A stretch of 17,579 nt of DNA from Promethearchaeota archaeon. Lineage in GTDB: Archaea; Asgardarchaeota; Lokiarchaeia; Sigyniarchaeales; SOKP01. The position numbers were made by a program, and so were the translations under genes. Positions 1-8,600 of this stretch are shown here, one piece after another; the stretch's first letter is position 1; each line of letters starts with the position of its first letter. The stretch is from contig JBHLPW010000082.1 of NCBI GenBank assembly GCA_048939015.1, positions 1 to 17,579 on the forward strand. Reading direction: 5' to 3'. Below the pieces are notes generated by a model. The model was not told the DNA's origin. It saw nothing but the letters and a program-made list of their open reading frames with translations, and ran no database searches.

Positions 1-30
1 AATCTTTCTGAACAACCGAGTACGAACCAT
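1..30 (-). CDS. 5' end of a gene running off the window edge (MVRTRLFRKI...), divergent from the ArsR gene
   Basis: ATG at 30-28 on the minus strand, preceded by the SD-like GGGGTAG. The frame is open to the window edge, but only 10 codons are visible. Confidence 0.35.
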   Translation of the reverse strand, partial: MVRTRLFRKI

Positions 31-102
31 GTTCTACCCCTTAAGATTATAACTTTAATATATCAACAATTTAAATGCTCTTAAATAATTTAGGAAAAAA
101 AG

Positions 103-576
103 GTGAATAAGATTAATAGAAAACGTTCTGCTGAGATAATAACTTCACTGGAAAGCTGTATTGATATGAAGGAAGTCGATGTCAAATCATACTTTCAAGA
201 TTTACAAAATTTTGGAAAAAATATAGAGACTTATGACAATTTTAACAAACTCTCGGAATTTTGTTATGCTATTGGAAATAAGGAGCGTTTAAAAATAATT
301 ACTATTTTAAAGGATAATGATCATTGCGTTTGTGAGCTAGAGGCAATCTTAGATAAATCACAACCATCAATATCTCATCATCTTAGGATTCTAGAGAGTA
401 TTGGGCTTATTAGAAGTTTCAAAAAAGGAAAATTTACACATTATAAACTTGTAAAAGAAAAATTATCTGAATATCTTGTATTATTTTCTGAAGTTTTTGA
501 ATTAAGTCTATTGGAAGAATCTTATTCTATCCTTAAGCAAGGAATTGAACCAAACCTACTAAGTAATGGAACTTAA
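103..576 (+). CDS. ArsR/SmtB family metalloregulatory transcriptional repressor
   Basis: Winged-HTH ArsR signature: RLKIITIL...HCVCELEAILDKSQPSISHHLRILESIGLIRSFKKGKFTHYKL, including the alpha3-type CVC motif. Confidence 0.9.
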   Translation: MNKINRKRSAEIITSLESCIDMKEVDVKSYFQDLQNFGKNIETYDNFNKLSEFCYAIGNKERLKIITILKDNDHCVCELEAILDKSQPSISHHLRILESIGLIRSFKKGKFTHYKLVKEKLSEYLVLFSEVFELSLLEESYSILKQGIEPNLLSNGT

Positions 577-930
577 ATTACACAAAGTAATTTTTTTTAG
601 ATTAGTTAAGAAATTGATTTTAGAAACAATTTTCTAATCCAAACTCTGGAGTTTTCTGATTATAAAAAGGTAGATCTTTTAGAATTTTAACTTTAATTTT
701 GTTTTCTGATTCTTATACAATATATTTTTGAATTTTATATTTTTAAAATTAGATACAATTTAATGAAAATGGGATATAGACTTTTTTATTCACTTCTATT
801 GATGTTAGATCATGTTACTTAATTTAATGACTTCATTAAATGAAAAATTCTAAGGAAATCAAAGAACTATTGAAATTCTTAATGAATCAGATCATATTAT
901 AATTTAAAGATTATATATATAATCGTTAGA

Positions 931-1638
931 TCAAGATTTAAGATAAGTTTCAATTAGAGAAAGGAAGATATTTACAATCTTATCGATTTTTAATCCAGCA
1001 TTCTTAATTTGATTTTGATTCTTTTGAATCTGATTAACTATTCCAAAGAAAAATAAATTTAAAAATACTAGAGTTTGGTTAAGATCTAAATCTGATTTTA
1101 TAGAACCATCTTTCATTCCTTCTTGGACAGTTAATCGATATAAGTCAGCGAATTCGAGATAGGTTTTTAGAAGAAATGGTAGAATTATCTCCATTGAATT
1201 TATCTCAAGGATGTTTATTTTTTCATTTACTAAATCTTCAAATTTTTTAGAAATTTCTTGTGTCTTTTCTTCTGATTGATATTGGTAAGATTGAAATCTA
1301 CTTATTATATCTAAAGCTAAAGGATTATTAAGAAAGAAAGATATGGTTTCTCTTAATAAAATAATCAATCTTTCCAAACCAGATTTACCTGTAAAATCTA
1401 AATTTTTTAAAATCATGACTACTTTAATTATATCATCGATACCAATACTAAATAAAAGAGCCTCCTTATTTTGAAAATAATTGTAGAGTGTAGCTTTGCT
1501 TAGTAATGCTTCTTCAGCAATTTCCTCCATTGTGACTTCTTCATATGATTTTTTAGTAAATAGTTCTTTTGCAGTCCTGATCATTAAATTTCTGACTCGC
1601 TCCATTTTGCGTCTTTTTTTAGATTGTATTGAACCCAC
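931..1638 (-). CDS. TetR/AcrR family transcriptional regulator
   Basis: N-terminal TetR HTH (AKELFTKKSYEEVTMEEIAEEALLSKATLYNYFQNKEALL) and a C-terminal GMKDGSIKSDLD motif typical of TetR ligand-binding domains. Confidence 0.92.
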   Translation of the reverse strand: MGSIQSKKRRKMERVRNLMIRTAKELFTKKSYEEVTMEEIAEEALLSKATLYNYFQNKEALLFSIGIDDIIKVVMILKNLDFTGKSGLERLIILLRETISFFLNNPLALDIISRFQSYQYQSEEKTQEISKKFEDLVNEKINILEINSMEIILPFLLKTYLEFADLYRLTVQEGMKDGSIKSDLDLNQTLVFLNLFFFGIVNQIQKNQNQIKNAGLKIDKIVNIFLSLIETYLKS

Positions 1639-1685
1639 CTTCTTATTATTCCATTGACAATTTTTTGAATTTACTAATATAAAAT

Positions 1686-1727
1686 GTCTAAATTAGACTT
1701 TAAATTTAAAAATTTACTTAAAGTCTA
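1686..1727. promoter_or_regulatory. Overlapping inverted repeats, candidate TetR operator in the divergent tetR/MCP intergenic region
   Basis: Perfect 10-bp inverted repeat TAGACTTTAA (1694-1703) / TTAAAGTCTA (1718-1727) with a 14-nt spacer. It overlaps the palindrome GTCTAA-A-TTAGAC (1686-1698) and is followed by a TATATATATA run. Confidence 0.5.
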
Positions 1728-1839
1728 TATATATACTAAGATTCCAAAATATTTAAATATGATGATTTCTATAATTAGATTTAGAGTCCAAAAATGGGCT
1801 CTTGGTATAATAATAATTATAAAAATAGAGAGGATAAAA

Positions 1840-3012
1840 TTGGAATACAGTAAAATTGTATTTGATCTAGTAAATATGATATATTCAATCATTGCTATTA
1901 TTATGTTTTCAACTGTTTATGTGAAAAGACGTAAACTTCTTTTATGGTTCGTAGGATATAGTAGTTATACAGTTGGTATGATTTTCACTTTTGTTGGAAA
2001 TTTTTTTGAATCATTTATTAGTATTGAGATTCTATGGGGAGCTACAGCTTTAATAGCAATGTTTTTAGCAAGTTTAAAAGAATATAGAGAAATTTTTCAC
2101 TCGAATAAACACCTAAAATTTCAATCAAGAATAGTTACTTCTATTATGCTCACCACTTCGTTAATTAGTATAAAAATTATCTTAGGACTAATTCTAGCTG
2201 TTTTAATAGTAGCATTGTATATGTTATATCGAATATATTTAGAAAAACGGACTCCTACACATATATTTCTATTTCTTTCTCTTTTCATCGCAACTTTTAG
2301 TCTTTTTCTTGATTTAGTAGGATTTATGCCTACTGAGTTTGGTATAGTAATGCCATTAATAGCTATTACTTTGTTATTAGCTACTGGAATTGTTTCATCT
2401 ATAGAGACGAAATTACTTTCAATGAATTCTACGTTAGAAAAGGTATTAAAGAAATCTGCTGATATAAGTATTAATATAGCTAATATCGCGTCTGAGTTAG
2501 CCGTAAGTGCTAATGAAATTAATAGCTCTGCAGAAGAGATCTCAGCTTCTACTCAAGAAGTCACAAATACTACTAAAGATATTATAAAATCTTCAGATGA
2601 GATTAGTAGAGTAATGATTATTATTACAAAAGTTGCAGAACAAACGAATTTACTAGCTCTAAATGCTAGTATTGAAGCAGGAAGAGCTGGTGAAAAGGGA
2701 AGAGGTTTCGCAGTAGTTGCTGATGAGGTTAGGAAATTAGCTGAAGAGTCAAAAAAAGCGGTTGATGATACTGGAGAAAGCATTAATCAAATAGTTAAAA
2801 GAATTCAATATTCTTTTGATTCTATGGAAAGGATAAGTGCTTCTACTGAACAACAAACATCTTCAATGGAGGAGATCACAGCAACAGCTAATAAGTTAGG
2901 ATCCTTAGGCGAAGATTTGAAATCTACTCTGATAAGATTTAGTAAAGGAGAGGGTAATCTTAATTCAAGTAAAAAGTTGAAAACTAAAGACAATTTAAGA
3001 ATTATCTTTTAA
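1840..3012 (+). CDS. Polytopic membrane methyl-accepting chemotaxis-like (MCP signalling domain) protein
   Basis: Canonical MCP hairpin tip ([40 protein letters not shown]) and roughly 6-7 hydrophobic segments at the N-terminus. The start is reassigned from ATG 1684 to the in-frame TTG at 1840, which follows the SD-like GAGAGG (1828-1833); 1684-1839 looks like promoter/operator DNA. Confidence 0.88.
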   Translation: MEYSKIVFDLVNMIYSIIAIIMFSTVYVKRRKLLLWFVGYSSYTVGMIFTFVGNFFESFISIEILWGATALIAMFLASLKEYREIFHSNKHLKFQSRIVTSIMLTTSLISIKIILGLILAVLIVALYMLYRIYLEKRTPTHIFLFLSLFIATFSLFLDLVGFMPTEFGIVMPLIAITLLLATGIVSSIETKLLSMNSTLEKVLKKSADISINIANIASELAVSANEINSSAEEISASTQEVTNTTKDIIKSSDEISRVMIIITKVAEQTNLLALNASIEAGRAGEKGRGFAVVADEVRKLAEESKKAVDDTGESINQIVKRIQYSFDSMERISASTEQQTSSMEEITATANKLGSLGEDLKSTLIRFSKGEGNLNSSKKLKTKDNLRIIF

Positions 3013-3036
3013 TTTAAGAATGGAGATAAGATAAAA

Positions 3037-3453
3037 ATGGTTAGTTTTTTTGTGGTCGATGATGATATAACAATTTTAAAATTATATGATAAAATTCTCA
3101 GTCTATATGGATTCGAGATTATAGGGTGTGCTCAAAATGGGAAAGAAGCAGTTGTTAAATTTAAAAATTTTAAGGTAAAACCAGATTTCATAATAATCGA
3201 CTATCATATGCCTTTAAAAGATGGTTGTAAAGCAGCAAAAGAAATCCTAGAAATTGATGCGACTGTCAAAATTATTATTTGTAGTGGAGATCCTAGTATT
3301 AAAGAAAAAGTATTATCAATGGGTGTTATTGATTTTATTGAAAAACCCTTTAATTTAAAGACATTCCAAAATAAAATAATAAATACCTATAATAATTCAA
3401 TTTTCTTGAAATTGAACACTCCTAATTTTCACCCATCAAACTACATTACATAA
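3037..3453 (+). CDS. Single-domain response regulator (CheY-like receiver)
   Basis: VVDDD acidic pocket, phosphoacceptor in IIIDYHMPLKDG, Ser in IICSG and the KPF motif. SD GGAG at 3021; 24 nt downstream of the MCP stop. Confidence 0.92.
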   Translation: MVSFFVVDDDITILKLYDKILSLYGFEIIGCAQNGKEAVVKFKNFKVKPDFIIIDYHMPLKDGCKAAKEILEIDATVKIIICSGDPSIKEKVLSMGVIDFIEKPFNLKTFQNKIINTYNNSIFLKLNTPNFHPSNYIT

Positions 3454-3473
3454 AAAAACAAAAAGAATCCCTT

Positions 3474-3544
3474 CCAAAACCAATTGTATTCTTCCATTAT
3501 TTGGGGGATTATAAATCCCCCATTATAATAGGTTTTGGTTTTTT
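3474..3544 (+). terminator. Nested stem-loop followed by a T-tract downstream of the receiver gene
   Basis: TGGGGGATT (3502-3510) / AATCCCCCA (3514-3522) with a 3-nt loop. Outer arms are CCAAAACC (3474-3481) / GGTTTTGG (3531-3538), followed by TTTTTT. Confidence 0.5.
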
Positions 3545-3740
3545 ACCTAATTTTCTAAGAAATCCTTTAATTAAAAATTACTCGAATAAATCATTTTATA
3601 GTTCTATATTGCTGTACTAAAAAAAATAGTAGGGGTAAATGTTATGATATTAAGATTTAACATGATATACAAGTTAATACCCTTGGATCTATGATATATA
3701 TAAAAAGTAACGTTAATTCAAATGTCTGAGGTGTTAATTT

Positions 3741-4190
3741 TTGATGAAAATTGAAGATAGGATGATTGGTTATTGTGGTTATAATTGCTATTTATGTGCT
3801 GCTCGTTCAGATGATATTAAAATTCGACAAAAAATGGTTGATGCGTGGCGAAAATATCTCGGTCATGAAAATTATACTGCTGAAAATGTTCATTGTGAGG
3901 GTTGTAAGAGTAAAGGAGACAACATAGCAGACAAGATTTGTGAAGCTCGACCCTGCGCACGAGATAAGGGTTTTGAGAGTTGTGCTCAATGCAACGATTT
4001 CCCATGCTCTAAAGTAAAGCATCTTATAACTGCTTCTATAAACATGCTGACCTTTGGAGTTGCCCAATTTAAAGACATTACTGAAGAAGAATTTAGCCTT
4101 TCTATTCAACAATGGAACAGTATACCTAATTTAGTAAGAATTTTGGTTGAGGAAGACCGATTACCATCATTTATTTTAGATAAAATTTAG
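3741..4190 (+). CDS. DUF3795 family Cys-rich (putative metal/Fe-S binding) protein
   Basis: Cys pattern CGYNCYLC...CEGC...CEARPC...CAQCNDFPC. SD GAGGTG at 3728-3733; start is TTG 3741 or ATG 3744. Confidence 0.85.
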   Translation: MMKIEDRMIGYCGYNCYLCAARSDDIKIRQKMVDAWRKYLGHENYTAENVHCEGCKSKGDNIADKICEARPCARDKGFESCAQCNDFPCSKVKHLITASINMLTFGVAQFKDITEEEFSLSIQQWNSIPNLVRILVEEDRLPSFILDKI

Positions 4191-4285
4191 ATACTTCAAT
4201 AAAAAGTAAAATTTGATTGAAAAATTAAATTTACATTTCATTTTTTTCATTCTAAATACGTTCTTATAAATTTTTTGGTTTTTGT

Positions 4286-4330
4286 CGGGGATCTAGTTAT
4301 CGCTAACTATGACTACCGCTAAATATATAT
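4286..4330 (+). promoter_or_regulatory. Palindrome and direct-repeat element just upstream of a TATA-like box of the AAA-like/SMC cluster
   Basis: TAGTTA-TCGC-TAACTA (4294-4309), direct repeats TATCGCTAA (4298-4306) and TACCGCTAA (4314-4322), then AAATATATAT (4321-4330). The stretch is GC-richer than its flanks. Confidence 0.35.
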
Positions 4331-4391
4331 GTGTAAAATGTCATGTAAATAATGTTCATAAAAAGAGCAAAAAATTAAAGGAGAGTTTTTA

Positions 4392-5642
4392 ATGAAAGAT
4401 TTAAACGAGGTTCCTGAACTATTAAAGTATTTTAAGATAATTAAACCTTCAGAAATCGATATTGATAAAGGAGATATTTTCTATCGAGATAAATATAATG
4501 ATATTATTAATTTTCTCAAGGTTATGTTAACCAATCATGACGATAAAACTCTGAATGGTTATATTCAGCCAAAAGGAGCCATTATAATTAATCTTAACCT
4601 TGGAACGGATATCATAGATTATATCAAGTTAATTACTAAAAATTATTACTTGGATCTAATAGAATTTAACGAAGTTGAAATTTTTAATAATCCTGATAAA
4701 TTTATAGAAAATTTTGTTTCAATAATAAAATTTCTTGTAGAAGATCGAAAGGATCAAGGTAAAACTAAAAGTGAGACTCTAGATCCAGATAAAGTTGAGG
4801 AAAAAAAAATATTATTGATAGAGCAAAAACCTGTTATTAAGCAAAAATTTGGAGAGATAAACTTGCTTGAAGTTTTTCTAAATACTTTGCAAAACAAGAG
4901 CGTTGATCACTCATTTATTGATTCTAATATAATTTTAGTTTGGATTAACTATGAAATTCAAGACATTACCACAGTGTCTAGTAAAATATTTTCTCATTTT
5001 GATATCTTTATTAAAATACCATTATTGAATAGAATAGAACGAGAAACTTTTTTGAAAGATTTTTTAGAAAAAAATCCAAAAATTGTGTTTAACGTTAATG
5101 AAATTGTAAATTGTACCGAAGATTGGGAAGTAAAAGATATCTTAGAATTGTTAAAAGTCGGTATATTTAGACATTTCATGAATTCAGAATTGAATGAAAT
5201 GAGTAATGAAATCACTGATATATTAATTGAATTGATAGTCTCAGGTGAATATATTCCTATTTCAAAAGCTCAAATTTCAGAAAAAAACCTAAATAATAGG
5301 TTAGAAGCAGATCATCCTCAAAACAAAGATAAAATTCCAATCGATATAATCAATAAAGTTGAAAATGTTGAACAAATTAAGGATATCGTTAATGGAATTC
5401 AAGAATCGCGAACTTCAGATTTTATGTTAAATCAGTTATATGAAAATGCTGCTTCAAAGAATTATACTGAGCTTACTATAATTATTGATAAATTAAATAA
5501 AAAAGAACCATTGGAAGATAATGATTTGAAATTGTTAGCAAAATTTCCGTTTGTTTTAAATGACTCTCCCAACAGAGCACAAATAAACTTAGAAAAGGCT
5601 AAAAAGAGGGTAGATTTAATAAAACAAGCATTTGGAAAATAA
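4392..5642 (+). CDS. Degenerate (probably catalytically inactive) classical-AAA-clade ATPase-like protein
   Basis: Colinear resemblance to CDC48/PAN-type AAA domains: IQPKGAIIINLNLGTD (vs PPKGVLLYGPPGTGKT), KILLIEQ (vs Walker B IIFIDE), NIILVWINY (vs VIVIGATN), HFDIFIKIPLLNRIERETFLK (vs RFDRKIEIPLPDEEGRLEILK) and EIVNCTEDWEVKDILELLK (vs ELARLTEGFSGADI). The Walker A Lys is absent. Confidence 0.6.
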   Translation: MKDLNEVPELLKYFKIIKPSEIDIDKGDIFYRDKYNDIINFLKVMLTNHDDKTLNGYIQPKGAIIINLNLGTDIIDYIKLITKNYYLDLIEFNEVEIFNNPDKFIENFVSIIKFLVEDRKDQGKTKSETLDPDKVEEKKILLIEQKPVIKQKFGEINLLEVFLNTLQNKSVDHSFIDSNIILVWINYEIQDITTVSSKIFSHFDIFIKIPLLNRIERETFLKDFLEKNPKIVFNVNEIVNCTEDWEVKDILELLKVGIFRHFMNSELNEMSNEITDILIELIVSGEYIPISKAQISEKNLNNRLEADHPQNKDKIPIDIINKVENVEQIKDIVNGIQESRTSDFMLNQLYENAASKNYTELTIIIDKLNKKEPLEDNDLKLLAKFPFVLNDSPNRAQINLEKAKKRVDLIKQAFGK

Positions 5643-5666
5643 TATTAAAAAGGATGAGATAAATTA

Positions 5667-8600
5667 GTGCCTACTAAGACAATTGTAAATAAAAACAATA
5701 TCAATGCAGTGGATAATAAAAGAATTTTCATTAAAAAAGTGATTTTAGAAAATTTTTTATCTTTCCAGAAAGATGAAGTAGATTTTGACAATTCTAAATT
5801 TGTGATTATAGTAGGACCAAACTGGAGCGGAAAAACTTCAATTTTTCAAGCGATTAAATTTGCTTTAGGGAGCAATGAAAGGGATGAACGATATAAGAAA
5901 TGGTCATCTTTTATTAGAAATGGACAAAATCATGCTATAGTCGAGATTCATATTCAGATTGATGAAAACATAATTAAGATAAGAAGATATGTAATAAGAG
6001 GTCAATCTCCTTTTTTCAAAATAAAAAATTTGCACGATAAGGAATTCAAAAAAGCATCAGTTCAAGAAATTCAAAAATTAATTTCTGATTTGAATATTAA
6101 CCCAGATAATCAATTTGCCTTCGTAAGCCAAGGAAAAATTGATGCTATTAAAAATCTAAAACCAACTGAATTATGTTCCTTTCTAGAGGAAGGAATTGGA
6201 TTAAAAGGTTTAAGAGAAGAAATATTGCAACAGAAAAATGATGTACTAAATTTAAATAAAGACCTTCAGTCTTTAAAAAGCAAAAGAAATACATTAAATA
6301 TAAGTTTAGAGCTTTTAAACCCTAAATTGGAGCGATTGAAACAAAAGACCGAATTATTAAATAAAAAAAGTAAATTTAATGACGAGTTTCTATGGGCAAA
6401 CAAGGACAAATTGGAAAAAGATATTGTTAAGATTGAAGAAACTGTTAAAAATGTAAAATTATTTATAGAAAATATTAGAAAAAAGAAAGAATTATCAGAT
6501 AGAGAAGTAGAACTTTTATTAAATAAAATTTCAAAAAAGGAACAGTACATAAATAAGCTATCTGAGAAACTGGGAGAATTTACCTATAAGCGACAAGAGC
6601 TATTTTCAATAATCCAAAATTGGCAAAAAGATAAAATCCTGGCAAAACAAAAGTTAGATGAGTTATCAATTAAAATCAATGAATATTCTAAAATTCTCGA
6701 AAATTTTAAGAAACAAAAAGAAAGTTTGGATAATGAAATTAATACAATAAGAAGAGAAAGTAAAATTATTGGTTTAGAAATTGATAAATTGATAACAGAA
6801 CAAAATCAATTAATAAAAAAAATATCTAAGAACAAAGCTTTATTGGAAAATTACAATCAATTAAACTTTGAAAAAAAAGACAGAATAGCAAGAATTCAAG
6901 AGAATGAAAAATTGATTCAAGGATTAAATGATGAAATTAATCAACTCTTTCAAAGCTTTAATGATATTGAACATAAATTAGAAAAGAATAAATGGTTCTT
7001 AGAAAAACCTTCAAAAGATCTATTAATTGATCTTGACAAAGAATTAAGAATTGCAACATTAAGACTTTATGAAATTGAATCTGAAATTAAACAGTTAGAG
7101 TTTGATAAATCTAAAAAGATTAAGAAATTAAAAATATTGCAAACTTCACTGAGAGAACGCAGGGTAATACTTCCCCCAAATATATCCATTCTTAAAGAGG
7201 AGATTGAAAGAAGGGGGTTAAAAGTAAAGGGTCCACTGATTAATTATTTAAAGTATGAGGATGAATTAAGTTATGCTATTGAATCTGTTCTTGGTGAAAA
7301 ATTACTCTATAGCTTTGTAGCTAAAGATTGGGATACATTGAATTTGCTAAAAAGATTAAAAGAAAAATTTGGGGCTTATTGTAATATTTATCTTCCAAAG
7401 AATACCGAAATAAAACCTATGATAGAAATAAGTGCTGATGGTGTTCTAGGTTATTTAGCGAAGCTAATTAAAATTATCGATGATGATAATGATATTAAAA
7501 AAGTTATTTTTTCAAAAGTAAAAAATTGTCTCGTTGTAAAAGATTATCATTCTGGGAGAAATCTTTATAATTCTCTTAATTTCAAAGGAAAATGTGTTAC
7601 TTTAAAAGGAGAACAAATAATATCTTATAAATATGTATATGAAACTCCTTATCTAAAGAGATTAAAAGGATTATTAAGTGCTGGTACTCAAAAAGAGCAA
7701 TCTGAAGTTCTAGAATCTGAAATTGAATTTGTAAATAACAAAATATCAGAATTAAAAGTCGAACAGGCTAAAATAGATACTGTTCAAAAAGATTTTTTCA
7801 AAAAAAAAGAATCTTTCAATGATCTCTTATATAATTTTAACCAAAAACAGAGAATAACATCAAAAAAAAACCAATTATATGATCAAATGCATGAATTGGA
7901 AAAAATTAATCAATCCCTTAATGATGAAATCATAGATTTTGATCATCAGATTAAAAATTTAAAATCTCAAACGGATCCAGAATTTTTTAAATGGAATGAT
8001 AGGGTTGAGGAAATTCCTAAAGAATTAGCTTTACTTAATGAAGATAAGAAAAAATGGGATTTAAAATTAAGTGAAAATTCAGACATCCTAAAAGAAGTGA
8101 AAGATAATCTTAATAAAAATTCAAATGAGAAGACTTTAATTCAAAAAGAGTATGATACAAAGAAAGAAGCTTTTCAAAAGGCAGATACTACTGCATTCAA
8201 CACATATAGACAATTAGAAAATATTGAAGAAGAACTTGAGATAACCAAGAATAAAATTTCAGAATTAAAAAGTGAAATTTTATTATTCCAAAATAAAAAA
8301 GCAGAAGTTGAGAGGGAATCTATTCAAATTACAATAACTTTTGAACAAGAAAATATTAAATTGAATTCTCTTAACCAGGATTTAGACTCAAAAAAAAATG
8401 ATTTAGAGAGAATTAGTTCTGAAATAGGTCCTTTAATTTTAAAAGATATAATTAAGATTCGCCCCATTGAAGATATTAAAGAAGATATTACCATTATTGA
8501 TAAAGAACTACTCAAATATTTGGATGTTGATGATTCAATCCTGATTGAAAGAGATCAGATATTATCTTCTCTTAAACAAATCTCTAAAAATCAAAAAAAC

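Noticed and set aside
577-930. 354-nt gap between the convergent arsR and tetR genes, with two GTTTTCTGATT copies
   Set aside because: No convincing ORF, RNA structure or periodic repeat; it looks like T-rich terminator/intergenic DNA.
1684-1839. N-terminal 52-aa extension of the MCP ORF in the ORF track
   Set aside because: It overlaps operator- and TATA-like sequence and leaves only 45 nt for two divergent promoters. The TTG at 1840 has a good SD.
2553-2993. Minus-strand ORFs of 76 and 62 aa
   Set aside because: Antisense shadows of the MCP signalling domain.
3631-3700. Three ATGATAT copies upstream of the DUF3795 gene
   Set aside because: Short, irregularly spaced and AT-rich; compatible with chance.
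3807-4112. Minus-strand ORFs of 101 and 62 aa
   Set aside because: Antisense to the well-supported DUF3795 gene and without recognisable motifs.
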